Below are positions 27,001-35,529 of a stretch of DNA of 64,000 bases, in pieces; within the stretch, counting starts at the first letter, position 1, and each line of letters begins with the position of its first letter. The position numbers and the translations under genes are program-made. Under the pieces are notes generated by a model that did not search any database, had not been told where the DNA came from, and saw nothing but the letters and a program-made list of their open reading frames with translations. The DNA is from Ginglymostoma cirratum. Taxonomy: Eukaryota. Location of the stretch: contig JAHRHZ010000270.1 in assembly GCA_024137785.1 (NCBI GenBank), positions 4,404,168 to 4,468,167 of the forward strand, read 5' to 3'.

Positions 27001-30000
27001 GCTTGTCAGCACTATAAATTCTAAACAACCAGGTGGTTTTCCCCCAGGCTTTGTAACATGCCTCATTTTTGTTAATCTACAGTTGAAGTTTCTGCAGATG
27101 ATTAACTGCAGTCTAACTTTTTACAGGCATAATCACTTGCAGCCCAGAAGAGTTCACATGTCTCAGTGGCAGCTGCATTTCCAGAACATTTGTCTGCAAT
27201 GGTGAGGATGACTGTGTTGATGGAAGTGATGAAGAGAAATGCCCTTCCCACATCTGTGGCATTCACGAGTTTCCTTGCAACAGTTCAGAGTGTATACCCT
27301 CTAGCTGGGTGTGTGATGGCAATGTGGATTGCACTGACCAATCTGACGAGTCACCAGAACACTGTGGGCGCACAATCCCCCCTCTTCCTGTAATCTGTGC
27401 TCCTAATGAGCTCCAGTGTGGTTCTGGTGAATGTATCCAACGTCGCTGGTACTGTGATGGTGATGCTGACTGCAGAGATGGAAGTGATGAGGCAAACTGC
27501 CGTAAGTAGACTACTTGCACTCCCTTTATATTGGGGCTGTAGCCTTGCATGCCACCTAATTGACTTCCCATTTGGTTTCAATGGTGCAATTAAATAATGC
27601 AAGTGAAACTTAAATCAATGGCAGGCTGGAGCATATGCTGTAGATGTTGCAACATTGGCTGCAAATTCTACCACAATATACAAAGTTTTTTAAACTCTAA
27701 ACTATTGCTTTTGCCTCAAAGTTGAGCATTACTCTACTTGACACATCCTATAGTGTCTTCCTGGACAGCTCTTTCCCTCCAAAAAAAACACCCAGTATCT
27801 GAAAGTAATTGTAAAATTGACAGCCATATTAACCTGCACTTTAATCAGGATTGTATTGGGAATGAACAGTTTAATGTAGCTAAGACATCCTCAGGCAAAA
27901 TTTGAATGCATGTACTGTAAGACTACAGCACACCTAATGAAGAATTAAACTTTTACTAGTAAGGGGTCCTCTTCTAGACCACTGTCAAGCTGAGCTGGAA
28001 ATTGTTTTATCTACATGTGATCTTTTGTGTAAAAGGAAGTTCTGCGATCTCTGATCCCAAAAGTTCAGTTGCTTCTGGAGGCAACCCTTGAGCAATTCTG
28101 AACCTGCCTGTATGAATATAATTGTGTGCAAGTCTGCATTCCTTATGGCAATGTTACTTAAATTTTTTAGTTCAGTGTGGAGTAACTTTCAGATTTCTTC
28201 ACTCCTAGAATTCACTCTACTATAGATGGGGGCTTTTCTGTTCACTTAACTACTGTGTACTTTCTTACATATTGATACCACAACCACTTCACTCAAGGTT
28301 TTGGGGAAGACAAGTGACTTGGTGGCTTTTTGTAGTTAATAGCAAATGTATTGCTAACTGTTAGCCAATCACTAAATGGCATGCTTGTTTTCAGCATTGA
28401 GAACTGCTGTAGGCGAATTTTTGGCTCTCTAAGCCTAATCTTCCACGAAATAGGCCACTGAAGTTTTAATTATACTTGCCCTTTCACCCTCCTACAAAGA
28501 ATCCATGCTCCTCTGCATGAGTTCTCCAGAAATAAGTGTTAAGGCTCCATGTCTCCAAGGCCCTGTTTCTTAAAGACTTTCTTATTTGTATTCCAATTCC
28601 ATCCTCTTCAATGAAGGCATGTTATAATCTAGCAATCAAATAACAAGATCTAAGTTTAGGTGGATCCTAAGGGTATGCTAAACAAGCACTGAACCCCCCC
28701 TGCCACTTTGCCAAGGAGTGTATTGGCTCCCAAGCACCTTAAACTGAGCTTAGATGCTGACCTGGACAGTTGTTTCCAAGTTAACTGAAGTTGCAACTTG
28801 TCCAACTCTCAGCATTGTCAGGATGAGCAACTCAAGACTGTATGGGTTTCAAATTAGCTAATAGCATACTGCAAATGGCTGGCTAAGTGCTAATCCTTAA
28901 TTGCTCCAATCCACATGGCACTGTTTCAGACCATTTTTAAAAGAATCAGCAAAAGATCTTGGTGCTGACAAGATGACCAATAGAACAAATCAGTCTTAAC
29001 ATGTTTAGCAGACATGTCAAAACCCAAATGTCTGAACTGACCCTGGCTTAACAACAAATCTTGTTTTCAGCTCTTCAAACATGTCAACCTGATCAGTTCC
29101 ACTGTGGTGATGGCAATTGCATTCCTGGAAGCAAGAGATGCAACTTCTTTAGGGACTGTCATGATGGTAGTGATGAAATCAACTGCAAGAAAAGTAGGTG
29201 ATCAGATCTTGCCTTGATTAAACTAGCACAACTATTTCCAATATTCTAACTTATTTTTCTCCTGTTGCTCCAGTTTCTGAATGCAGTGGACCTAATGACT
29301 TTAGATGCAAAAGTGGTGAATGCATAAACATCACCTTAGTATGCAACCACCAGCAGGACTGCAAAGACTGGAGTGATGAACTTAATGGATGTAGTAAGTG
29401 AACAAAAGTGCTCTCTAGAGAAACCAGCTGTGTTACAGCAGAACAGTTTGCTTAACTTGCTTTCTAAGTTTAAAAACTGAGGTGCCATTCATTTGGAGAT
29501 GAATAGTTCTAATAAACTTCAGATGGGTTACATTCTATTCTTACCTAGAAGTGATTTCTAACTCTGAATTGTAATTGTCCTAGTTAACTGAAACTTGCAC
29601 TCCAGGCAGCTCAGTGGTTAATGCTGTTGCCTCAGTACCAAGGGCCTGCATTCCATGTTCACAACACGACTGCAAACTACAGACACTCCTGCCACATCTG
29701 GCTTTTGAGTTTCTCTGCCTTTCAGTTCAGAGGTGCTTGTTAGGTGGATTGGGCATGCTAAATTGCCTATGGTGTCCAGAAATGCAGGGTGGGTGGATTA
29801 GCCATGAGAAATGCAGCCTTCTAGAAAGGGTGGGTCTGTTTGAGATGCTAAAGTGTCTGTGGAATTGATGGGCTGAGTAGCCTGCTTCTGTGCAGCATAG
29901 GGATTCTAATAGACAACATCCATTCTTTTAAACTTTTTTAAATCTCCAATTTGAAGGATCCCTAAAATTGAAGGGACAAAAGCTAGTCCTAATTCCTTGT

Positions 30001-33000
30001 GTGGAGTGGAAATAGTTTCTCATTTTATAGAATAATCTGTCCCCTTGATTGCAGATGTCCCATGCACTAAACAAATTGGCTCTAGTTGCACCAAGCATTT
30101 TTAAGAATACACTTGATTTGTTTGTTCTACAGATCAAAATGAATGTTTGAAGAAGAATGGTGGTTGCTCTCACTTCTGTCACGATCTTGTCATTGGCTAT
30201 GAATGTGAATGCCCTACTGGTTTTGAACTAATTGACCAGAAAACATGTGCAGGTAGTAACTTTGTTTCTAAGCTTTACTTGGTAACTAGCCAACCAGAAA
30301 TCACTCTTTTGAAAGCTTATGGTTTTTCTTAAATCTCAGATATAAATGAGTGTCTCAATCCTGGATCCTGCAGCCAAATCTGTATCAATACAGAAGGAAG
30401 CTACAATTGTGAATGCCATGCAGGATATGTATCAGATCCAGCTACTGGAGCCTGCAAGACCGTAGGCAAGTATGGTGCTTGGACAGTGATACAATAGTGT
30501 TTGGTCCATGAATAGATGGTCTTAGTTGTAAACTACAGAATGACAAGCTAATTTTTTTTGTTCAAGTAGTGCTTTTCACTAACAAGTAAAATTAACTTCC
30601 AATCCTCTTTAGGAGGAGAGGAGCCATATTTGATCTTTGTAAATCGCCATGATATTCGGAAGTTAGGACTGCATCACCAAGAGTATACCGAAGTTGCTAA
30701 AGATCTAAGAAAAGCTGTAGCATTAGATGCTGATATGGCAGAGCAGAGGATTTTCTGGGCTGATGTGAGCCAGCAGGCAATTTTCAGGTAAGATGCACTT
30801 TGCTTGCAACTCCTTTCAATACCAGCTGCACAAAACAGTTCCATGTGGGTCTACTTGGAATCCATTTTGCTTTAAATACTGCATTTTATTTTTCAGTATG
30901 GTCATGAATAAAAGTGCTGATGAAGCTAGTATGTTCAAGATCAGTGGCAACTTGCAAATCCCAGTAGGAATTGCAGTGGATTGGATCTATAAAAACGTCT
31001 ATTGGACTGACCGTGGGACCAATACTATATCTGTGGCAACATTTGATGGAAAGAGAAAGATCACCCTCTTTGACACTGACCTGAGGGAACCAGCTTCTAT
31101 AGCTGTTGATCCACTAAATGGGTACTGTATTGTTTCACTGTATGAATAATACAAAAAGCTGACCTGTACAACACTGCACTCCTAGAGCTTTAAATTTCAT
31201 TCAAAACCACATCGGGCATTGCAGATAACCAACCTGCAAAGTGGTACTAAAGCTCTCAATTCTAGAGTGGCATCCTAATCTTTACAAAGCAAACTAAATT
31301 GGACACTGCCTCACTGCACAGGCTGGTGCTAACACACCAAAATTGGGAGGGTGGAAACCACTTTCAATTAGTGTTTAACAAGTTAATTTTGTGGGGAGAT
31401 TAACCAAGAACAAATGTTACACAGCTTCTTGCAGAAACTGGCTGAGCAAAGTCACTTTTCAAACTATTGGATCCCAGTTAGTCCTATCTGTTTTTACTAA
31501 TGTTGGCCTTAAGTGAAGCATGACTCTTGTTTAGAGACAAGATTGTACTGTTTTAGTGAGTCAGTATTAGGTGGTGTTGGCTATAAAGCACATGATTGAG
31601 ATTGGAATGCCACTTCATAGTTTCAAGGGTGGTGCAGTCAAAATGGCAAACTTTAACCGCATCTGAAATGCAAAAATGTGCTGTCTAATGAGCATCTTAT
31701 GACTTTAAAGGTTTATCTACTGGTCAGATTGGGGTGCCCCAAAGATTGAAAAAGCTGGCATGAATGGTGTTGATCGTCAGCTCTTGGTTGCCACTAAGAT
31801 CGAGTGGCCAAAGGGCATTGCACTTGGTAAGTAATTCATGCAAGAAAGTGAACTTGACCAGGTTTTTTGAGCTGTATTTAAAGCACCTTTATTCCCCTGC
31901 AGACTTTGTGAAAAGCCGTCTCTACTGGGTTGATGCAAAATTGCACATGTTAGCAAGTGTGGACCTGAATGGTCAGAATAGGAGAACAGTATTGCAGTCA
32001 GAAAAATTCCTTGCACATCCCTGTGCAGTTGCCTTATTTGAGGTAAGAATCTAATGTGGCTTTTTTGAGCATGGCCCTCTGACAAGGCCACAACTTTAAT
32101 GTTCCAGTTCTACAAGTACACTTTTCCCATAATTCACAACTGCTTGGCTCACAGCTTCGATGCAGTTTCACTAGAATGCCCTCCCTGGGAGGATTGAATG
32201 GTGGTGGGGAAGAAACTAGATTTGAAGCTTGCTGTGAAAGTGGGTATGTTTTACAGGATGGGTAATAGTGTACTCTGGCCATTCTAAAACACTTCAGAAT
32301 CAAATTGTGGCTGTATTTCTAATTTAATGTTACCAAAATTAAGCAATCAAAGCTGTTTTTAACTATATACAAGATAAGCCCAATTCTTAAATTGACTTTG
32401 GCTTTGAGTTGGAAACCTGGCATCTTCACCTGATCTCTCCCTTTTTTCTCAGGATCACGTATTCTGGGTTGATGCGGACAACAAAGCAGTTTATGGTGCC
32501 AACAAGTACACAGGCAATAATGTCAAAGCTTTGGCCTCCAATGTTGATGCTCAAGATATCATTGTTTATCATGAGCTTATTCAGGCACCTGGTAAGAAAC
32601 CTGGATCTACATTGTGAAGGCAAAATTTTTTCTTTATTCAAATAATACACTCTAAAATTCCACCATTCCCCAGTTTGCAGCCAATCGTGGCAGGCTTTTT
32701 GACCTGAGCAGCAACACTGTCAACCAGAAGTACTAAATACCTCAGATACCCATAAGGACTCATCACCCATCAACACTGGTGCTTTTTTGATTATCTATCC
32801 CCTACCCCTGTAAATGACCTGCATTTCAACTGACTGGTGTACAAAACCTCATTTTGAGGCAGTGGAAGAAGGGGCTAAAGAGGCAGGATTTGCTTAGTAT
32901 AACATCTCTAGCTAGAGTTCATGCTAGTTGGTATGCAGTATCTGTTCTAACCAGTAATTCTGTAAATCATCTTCATTACCTGAAATGATCACCTGCCCAG

Positions 33001-34678
33001 ATATAGTGGATCAATAGAGCAATGTTTTAGACAACCAGTTTGTTACAACAGGTTGTCAAATGAACAATGCCGTAGCTTAACTCCTGTCCAACAGCTTGTT
33101 TTGGTTCATAATAAAGTTAGATGATGGATGTTGTAGGAATTACTACAACCATGCACTATAAATATACTCTAAATGGGAGTACACAGTTAACTTGCAATTT
33201 TCTATTCCCAGGAAAGAACTGGTGTGACCAGAATGAAGTCTGTGAGTACATGTGTCTTCCTGCCCCTCAAATCAATAGCCAATCAGCCAAGTATACTTGT
33301 GTGTGCCCAACTGGAATGGAGTTGACCAAAGATGAACAACAGTGTCAACCAGGTATGTTCCTTTTTAACAAAACTGCAGCACCTGAGATGATCCCTTGTA
33401 GCAAACCCTTTTTGCCAGGGGTAACACTACCCTGGTTCCAGTCTGACTCCTACATGATGAAAGTAGGTAGAGATGGCAGAATGTGATTATACATGCCCCC
33501 ATCACACTGTAGTACATGAGGCACATCTCAAACTGTAACAATCTATTTTTAAATCAGCACCTTGCTATCAAAAGCAAACAATACTTTGTTTTTAGTTGAA
33601 GGACATTGCTTAACTATAACTCTTCTCCATCCTCCTGCCTAAAGGTGTAGTGACCCTTTAGTTGAGCTGGCACCTGTTGTTGTCTGAGGGGCCCAATGGT
33701 CTAGTAAGACTAACTGCCTATTGACCACCAGGGGTCAGTGGAAAATAGTTGGTGCTTACCTAACTTATAGCTGGCTGTCCATCTGACAGTTTCAACTCAA
33801 TTGTCTTAAATTTTACACTGAACATGCTGGTTTGTTTTACAGTAACTGCATTTACAACAGCAAATGTGTCTGCAATGGCTTCTAGTGTTGCCCCTGAAGA
33901 ATTTTCCTTTGGCCTATCTACTAAGCCACCAACCATCTTGGCTACATCTAAAGGTAATGGAATATTAACTAGCATGTCCAAGCCTCTTTAACTTTTGACA
34001 ACCAGCTATGCTACTTGCTCCACTATATTATGGTTTTCTGGAATAAAGCCAAAAATTGTTTCAAAGCAACTTTGAAAGGGGGAGAATTTCTTGGTTTCAT
34101 TCCTGCATCATGATTCAGTGCCTGGATAGGCATTAAGTTACAATCAAGTTGCTTCCAAAAACTAAGCCACAGCAAAAAAGATGAATTAGTGATGCTGACC
34201 TATTTGACAAAGGGCTCCCGCTGTGCATAGTTGACACTCTTTGGAAACTCTTGGTATGCTGAAATATTGGCCCCTTAAAGAAAAAAGACAAAGTAAAATC
34301 TCAACTTTGTCACCCAGGTGTCAAGTCACGTTCTTCCCTCGAAGAGAAGTCAAGAGGATCTACAGCTGTTTGGGTCATTTTTATTCTTGGTAAGAACACT
34401 TTTGTATAGTCAATTGGCTTGACCTTAGTATTCCAATTTTTTAAGTTTGAAACAGTTCATAGGACTTGGCTTGTAAATTGACTTTCCTAAATTAGTTAAC
34501 TACTTAAACAAAATTACAAGGTCTCTTTTGGCTTGTCTAATGCTTATTTTTTCCAATTGCAGCCCTTCTAATAATAACTGGCTTAGTTGGCTACTTTGGT
34601 TGGCAGTCCTGGCAAAAGAAAAATGTGCAGTACGTCAGCTTTGAGAATCCAGTGTTTCAGCATAAATCTGTTGACTGA
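734..34678 (+). CDS. VLDLR: VLDLR-like lipoprotein/vitellogenin receptor paralogue with triplicated ectodomain (43 exons, 2162 aa; 21 LA repeats, 9 EGF, 3 YWTD propellers, O-linked stalk, TM, short tail)
   Basis: Manual splicing at GT/GC-AG sites gives one open frame of 6489 nt. Exon order, phases and sizes (120,123,123,369,123,~120,120,126,172,~225,119,140,142) match the VLDLR pattern three times. Exact paralogue identity needs a phylogeny. Confidence 0.9.
1495..1810 (-). mobile_element. decayed HE1-like tRNA-derived SINE
   Basis: similar to 48110-48436 (catggctaac...tttggactgt). Confidence 0.65.
2655..2774 (+). CDS. exon 2, LA1 (module 1)
   Basis: [40 protein letters not shown]; aag|, |gtaagt. 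Confidence 0.92.
2838..3395 (-). mobile_element. decayed CR1/HER1-like LINE 3' fragment
   Basis: agaacatagaacagtacag tail; colinear with 18378-18870. Confidence 0.7.
5312..5434 (+). CDS. exon 3, LA2
   Basis: [40 protein letters not shown]; AG/GT. Confidence 0.93.
6066..6188 (+). CDS. exon 4, LA3
   Basis: [37 protein letters not shown]; AG/GT. Confidence 0.93.
7200..7568 (+). CDS. exon 5, LA4-LA6
   Basis: three 6-Cys SDE repeats in 369 nt; AG/GT. Confidence 0.94.
8593..8715 (+). CDS. exon 6, LA7
   Basis: [38 protein letters not shown]. Confidence 0.92.
8793..8906 (+). CDS. exon 7, LA8
   Basis: [37 protein letters not shown]; the AG ending at 8792 keeps frame, the one ending at 8778 does not. 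Confidence 0.9.
9672..9791 (+). CDS. exon 8, EGF-A
   Basis: [37 protein letters not shown]. Confidence 0.93.
9862..9987 (+). CDS. exon 9, EGF-B (GC donor)
   Basis: [24 protein letters not shown]...CKAI; donor G|gcaagt. Confidence 0.88.
10281..10452 (+). CDS. exon 10, YWTD propeller 1
   Basis: [15 protein letters not shown]...[12 protein letters not shown]; 172 nt. Confidence 0.93.
10585..10845 (+). mobile_element. decayed HE1-like SINE
   Basis: tggctcagtgttagtactg head; agggattctatga tail. Confidence 0.6.
11064..11288 (+). CDS. exon 11, propeller 1
   Basis: [15 protein letters not shown]...EPASIAVDP. Confidence 0.93.
11793..11911 (+). CDS. exon 12, propeller 1
   Basis: [20 protein letters not shown]...PNGIAL. 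Confidence 0.93.
11990..12129 (+). CDS. exon 13, propeller 1
   Basis: [15 protein letters not shown]...AVFE. Confidence 0.93.
13086..13227 (+). CDS. exon 14, propeller 1
   Basis: [21 protein letters not shown]...VYHELLQLP. Confidence 0.93.
14214..14351 (+). CDS. exon 15, EGF-C (end of module 1)
   Basis: [19 protein letters not shown]...YTCVCPPG. Confidence 0.92.
14640..14762 (+). CDS. exon 16, LA3-type repeat (start of module 2)
   Basis: [38 protein letters not shown]. Confidence 0.92.
15270..15420. mobile_element. decayed inverted Penelope-terminal-type repeat
   Basis: ctggcagcatctg...gatgctgcca arms, like 55170-55345. Confidence 0.5.
15540..15908 (+). CDS. exon 17, three LA repeats
   Basis: 369 nt, paralogous to exon 5. 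Confidence 0.94.
16116..16235 (+). CDS. exon 18, LA7-type
   Basis: [38 protein letters not shown]. Confidence 0.92.
17105..17224 (+). CDS. exon 19, LA8-type
   Basis: [38 protein letters not shown]. Confidence 0.92.
17874..17993 (+). CDS. exon 20, EGF-A (module 2)
   Basis: [29 protein letters not shown]. Confidence 0.93.
18073..18198 (+). CDS. exon 21, EGF-B (module 2)
   Basis: [15 protein letters not shown]...CKAV; GT donor. Confidence 0.93.
18378..19236 (-). mobile_element. 5'-truncated, relatively young CR1-clade LINE in intron 21
   Basis: RT C-terminal peptides [49 protein letters not shown], with frameshifts; agaacatagaac tail. Confidence 0.9.
19618..19789 (+). CDS. exon 22, propeller 2
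   Basis: [15 protein letters not shown]...IFWADL; 172 nt. Confidence 0.93.
20680..20901 (+). CDS. exon 23, propeller 2
   Basis: [19 protein letters not shown]. Confidence 0.93.
21229..21347 (+). CDS. exon 24, propeller 2
   Basis: [20 protein letters not shown]. Confidence 0.93.
21423..21562 (+). CDS. exon 25, propeller 2
   Basis: [19 protein letters not shown]...[10 protein letters not shown]. Confidence 0.93.
22483..22624 (+). CDS. exon 26, propeller 2
   Basis: [21 protein letters not shown]. Confidence 0.93.
24176..24325 (+). CDS. exon 27, EGF-C (end of module 2)
   Basis: [22 protein letters not shown]...YTCVCPSG. Confidence 0.92.
24736..24855 (+). CDS. exon 28, LA2-type (start of module 3)
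   Basis: [38 protein letters not shown]. Confidence 0.92.
26104..26226 (+). CDS. exon 29, LA3-type
   Basis: [38 protein letters not shown]. Confidence 0.92.
27127..27501 (+). CDS. exon 30, three LA repeats
   Basis: 375 nt, paralogous to exons 5 and 17. Confidence 0.93.
29071..29193 (+). CDS. exon 31, LA7-type
   Basis: [36 protein letters not shown]. Confidence 0.92.
29274..29393 (+). CDS. exon 32, LA8-type
   Basis: [38 protein letters not shown]. Confidence 0.92.
29605..29910 (+). mobile_element. decayed HE1-like SINE
   Basis: gctcagtggttaatgctgttgcctca head; ggtggattgg..atgctaaattgcc core; agggattcta tail. Confidence 0.65.
30133..30252 (+). CDS. exon 33, EGF-A (module 3)
   Basis: [29 protein letters not shown]. 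Confidence 0.93.
30340..30465 (+). CDS. exon 34, EGF-B (GC donor)
   Basis: [15 protein letters not shown]...CKTV; donor G|gcaagt. Confidence 0.87.
30613..30787 (+). CDS. exon 35, propeller 3
   Basis: [15 protein letters not shown]...IFWADV; tandem TAGGAG acceptor. Confidence 0.9.
30897..31121 (+). CDS. exon 36, propeller 3
   Basis: [18 protein letters not shown]...EPASIAVDP. Confidence 0.93.
31711..31826 (+). CDS. exon 37, propeller 3
   Basis: [19 protein letters not shown]; one codon shorter than its paralogous exons. Confidence 0.92.
31903..32042 (+). CDS. exon 38, propeller 3
   Basis: [19 protein letters not shown]...[11 protein letters not shown]. Confidence 0.93.
32453..32591 (+). 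CDS. exon 39, propeller 3
   Basis: [21 protein letters not shown]...VYHELIQAP. Confidence 0.93.
33212..33352 (+). CDS. exon 40, EGF-C (end of module 3)
   Basis: [34 protein letters not shown]. Confidence 0.93.
33843..33953 (+). CDS. exon 41, Ser/Thr-rich O-linked stalk
   Basis: [36 protein letters not shown]; ttttacag| and G|gtaatg; 111 nt, phase 1-1. Confidence 0.75.
34318..34389 (+). CDS. exon 42, juxtamembrane and start of TM
   Basis: [23 protein letters not shown], resembling VLDLR GTSAAWAIL; AG/GT. Confidence 0.8.
34563..34678 (+). CDS. exon 43, TM end, cytoplasmic tail, stop
   Basis: [38 protein letters not shown]. Confidence 0.88.
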
Positions 34679-34683
34679 ATAAA
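34678..34683 (+). terminator. polyadenylation signal AATAAA overlapping the TGA
   Basis: gacTGAATAAAgc, followed by GT-rich ttggtgttt about 15 nt downstream. Confidence 0.6.
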
Positions 34684-35529
34684 GCAAAATTCCACTTTGG
34701 TGTTTAACTGGCATCCTATTGTCTGTCTTAATTCTCCTTTTAAGAGCATCTGATTCTCTGCTTGTTCTCAGCTGTTTGGTGTTTATTACAAATCCCAGTA
34801 ACTAAACCAGTTGTGTAGTTCTGCATGTGCATGCAGCTCAACTGGCTCTGACAGCTCTTAGACAAGAGCCACTAAAGCAGCTCCAAGAAAATGTTCACAC
34901 ATGAGAACTTTAGAATTTTTATTGCCAGATGGCAGACAACTAACATCCAAATGGTGGGTACAGACCCAAAAGACAGCTTTCTTGCTGTCTTCATCCAGCT
35001 CTAAACTAGTTATCTCTAACTTACAAACAATCTGCTTTAATCCAGCTCAGTAGAATTAACTGCACTATTTCAGTTGTGGGTATATTTTTGCCATCAAAAT
35101 GGTGGCAGAAACATGACTCAAAACTGGTTTTAACCTGATGTGGTGATGCTGGTTTCCTGTAACAAACCAGATGTAAATGTCCATGTTATAAAATAGTCAT
35201 GTTTGGACTAACTTACTGTTCATAGTAAACCTCCCACAATGGCCTGCCTTGAGGTCTAATGGAGTAGAAGAAAGTGACCTAGTCAGGTGGTGTCATGAGC
35301 TTATTCAGGTATATTACTGATTTGTCTCGCGCCCTACTATCTCTTTACTACACAGCTAATAAGAGTAGACTGCCACAGGTCAATAACATCCTGTCACACC
35401 ACCTGCCTCCCACTATCCCTAAACCAATTACTGAGTGGGAACTTTTTTCTAACTATATAAATGAAATTGTTAATTCTAATTTTATTCTCCAGCTACAAAA
35501 TGATCCAATAACAATTCATTGTTCCCACT

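Noticed and set aside
2655-33352. Calling the gene LRP1, LRP2, LRP4 or a pseudogene
   Set aside because: Exon sizes and peptides are VLDLR-specific, with one propeller per cluster; no stops or frameshifts in the 43 exons
34664-34678. C-terminal PDZ-binding motif (KSVD) or a stalk furin site
   Set aside because: The terminal residue is acidic, not hydrophobic, and there is no RxxR in exons 41-42
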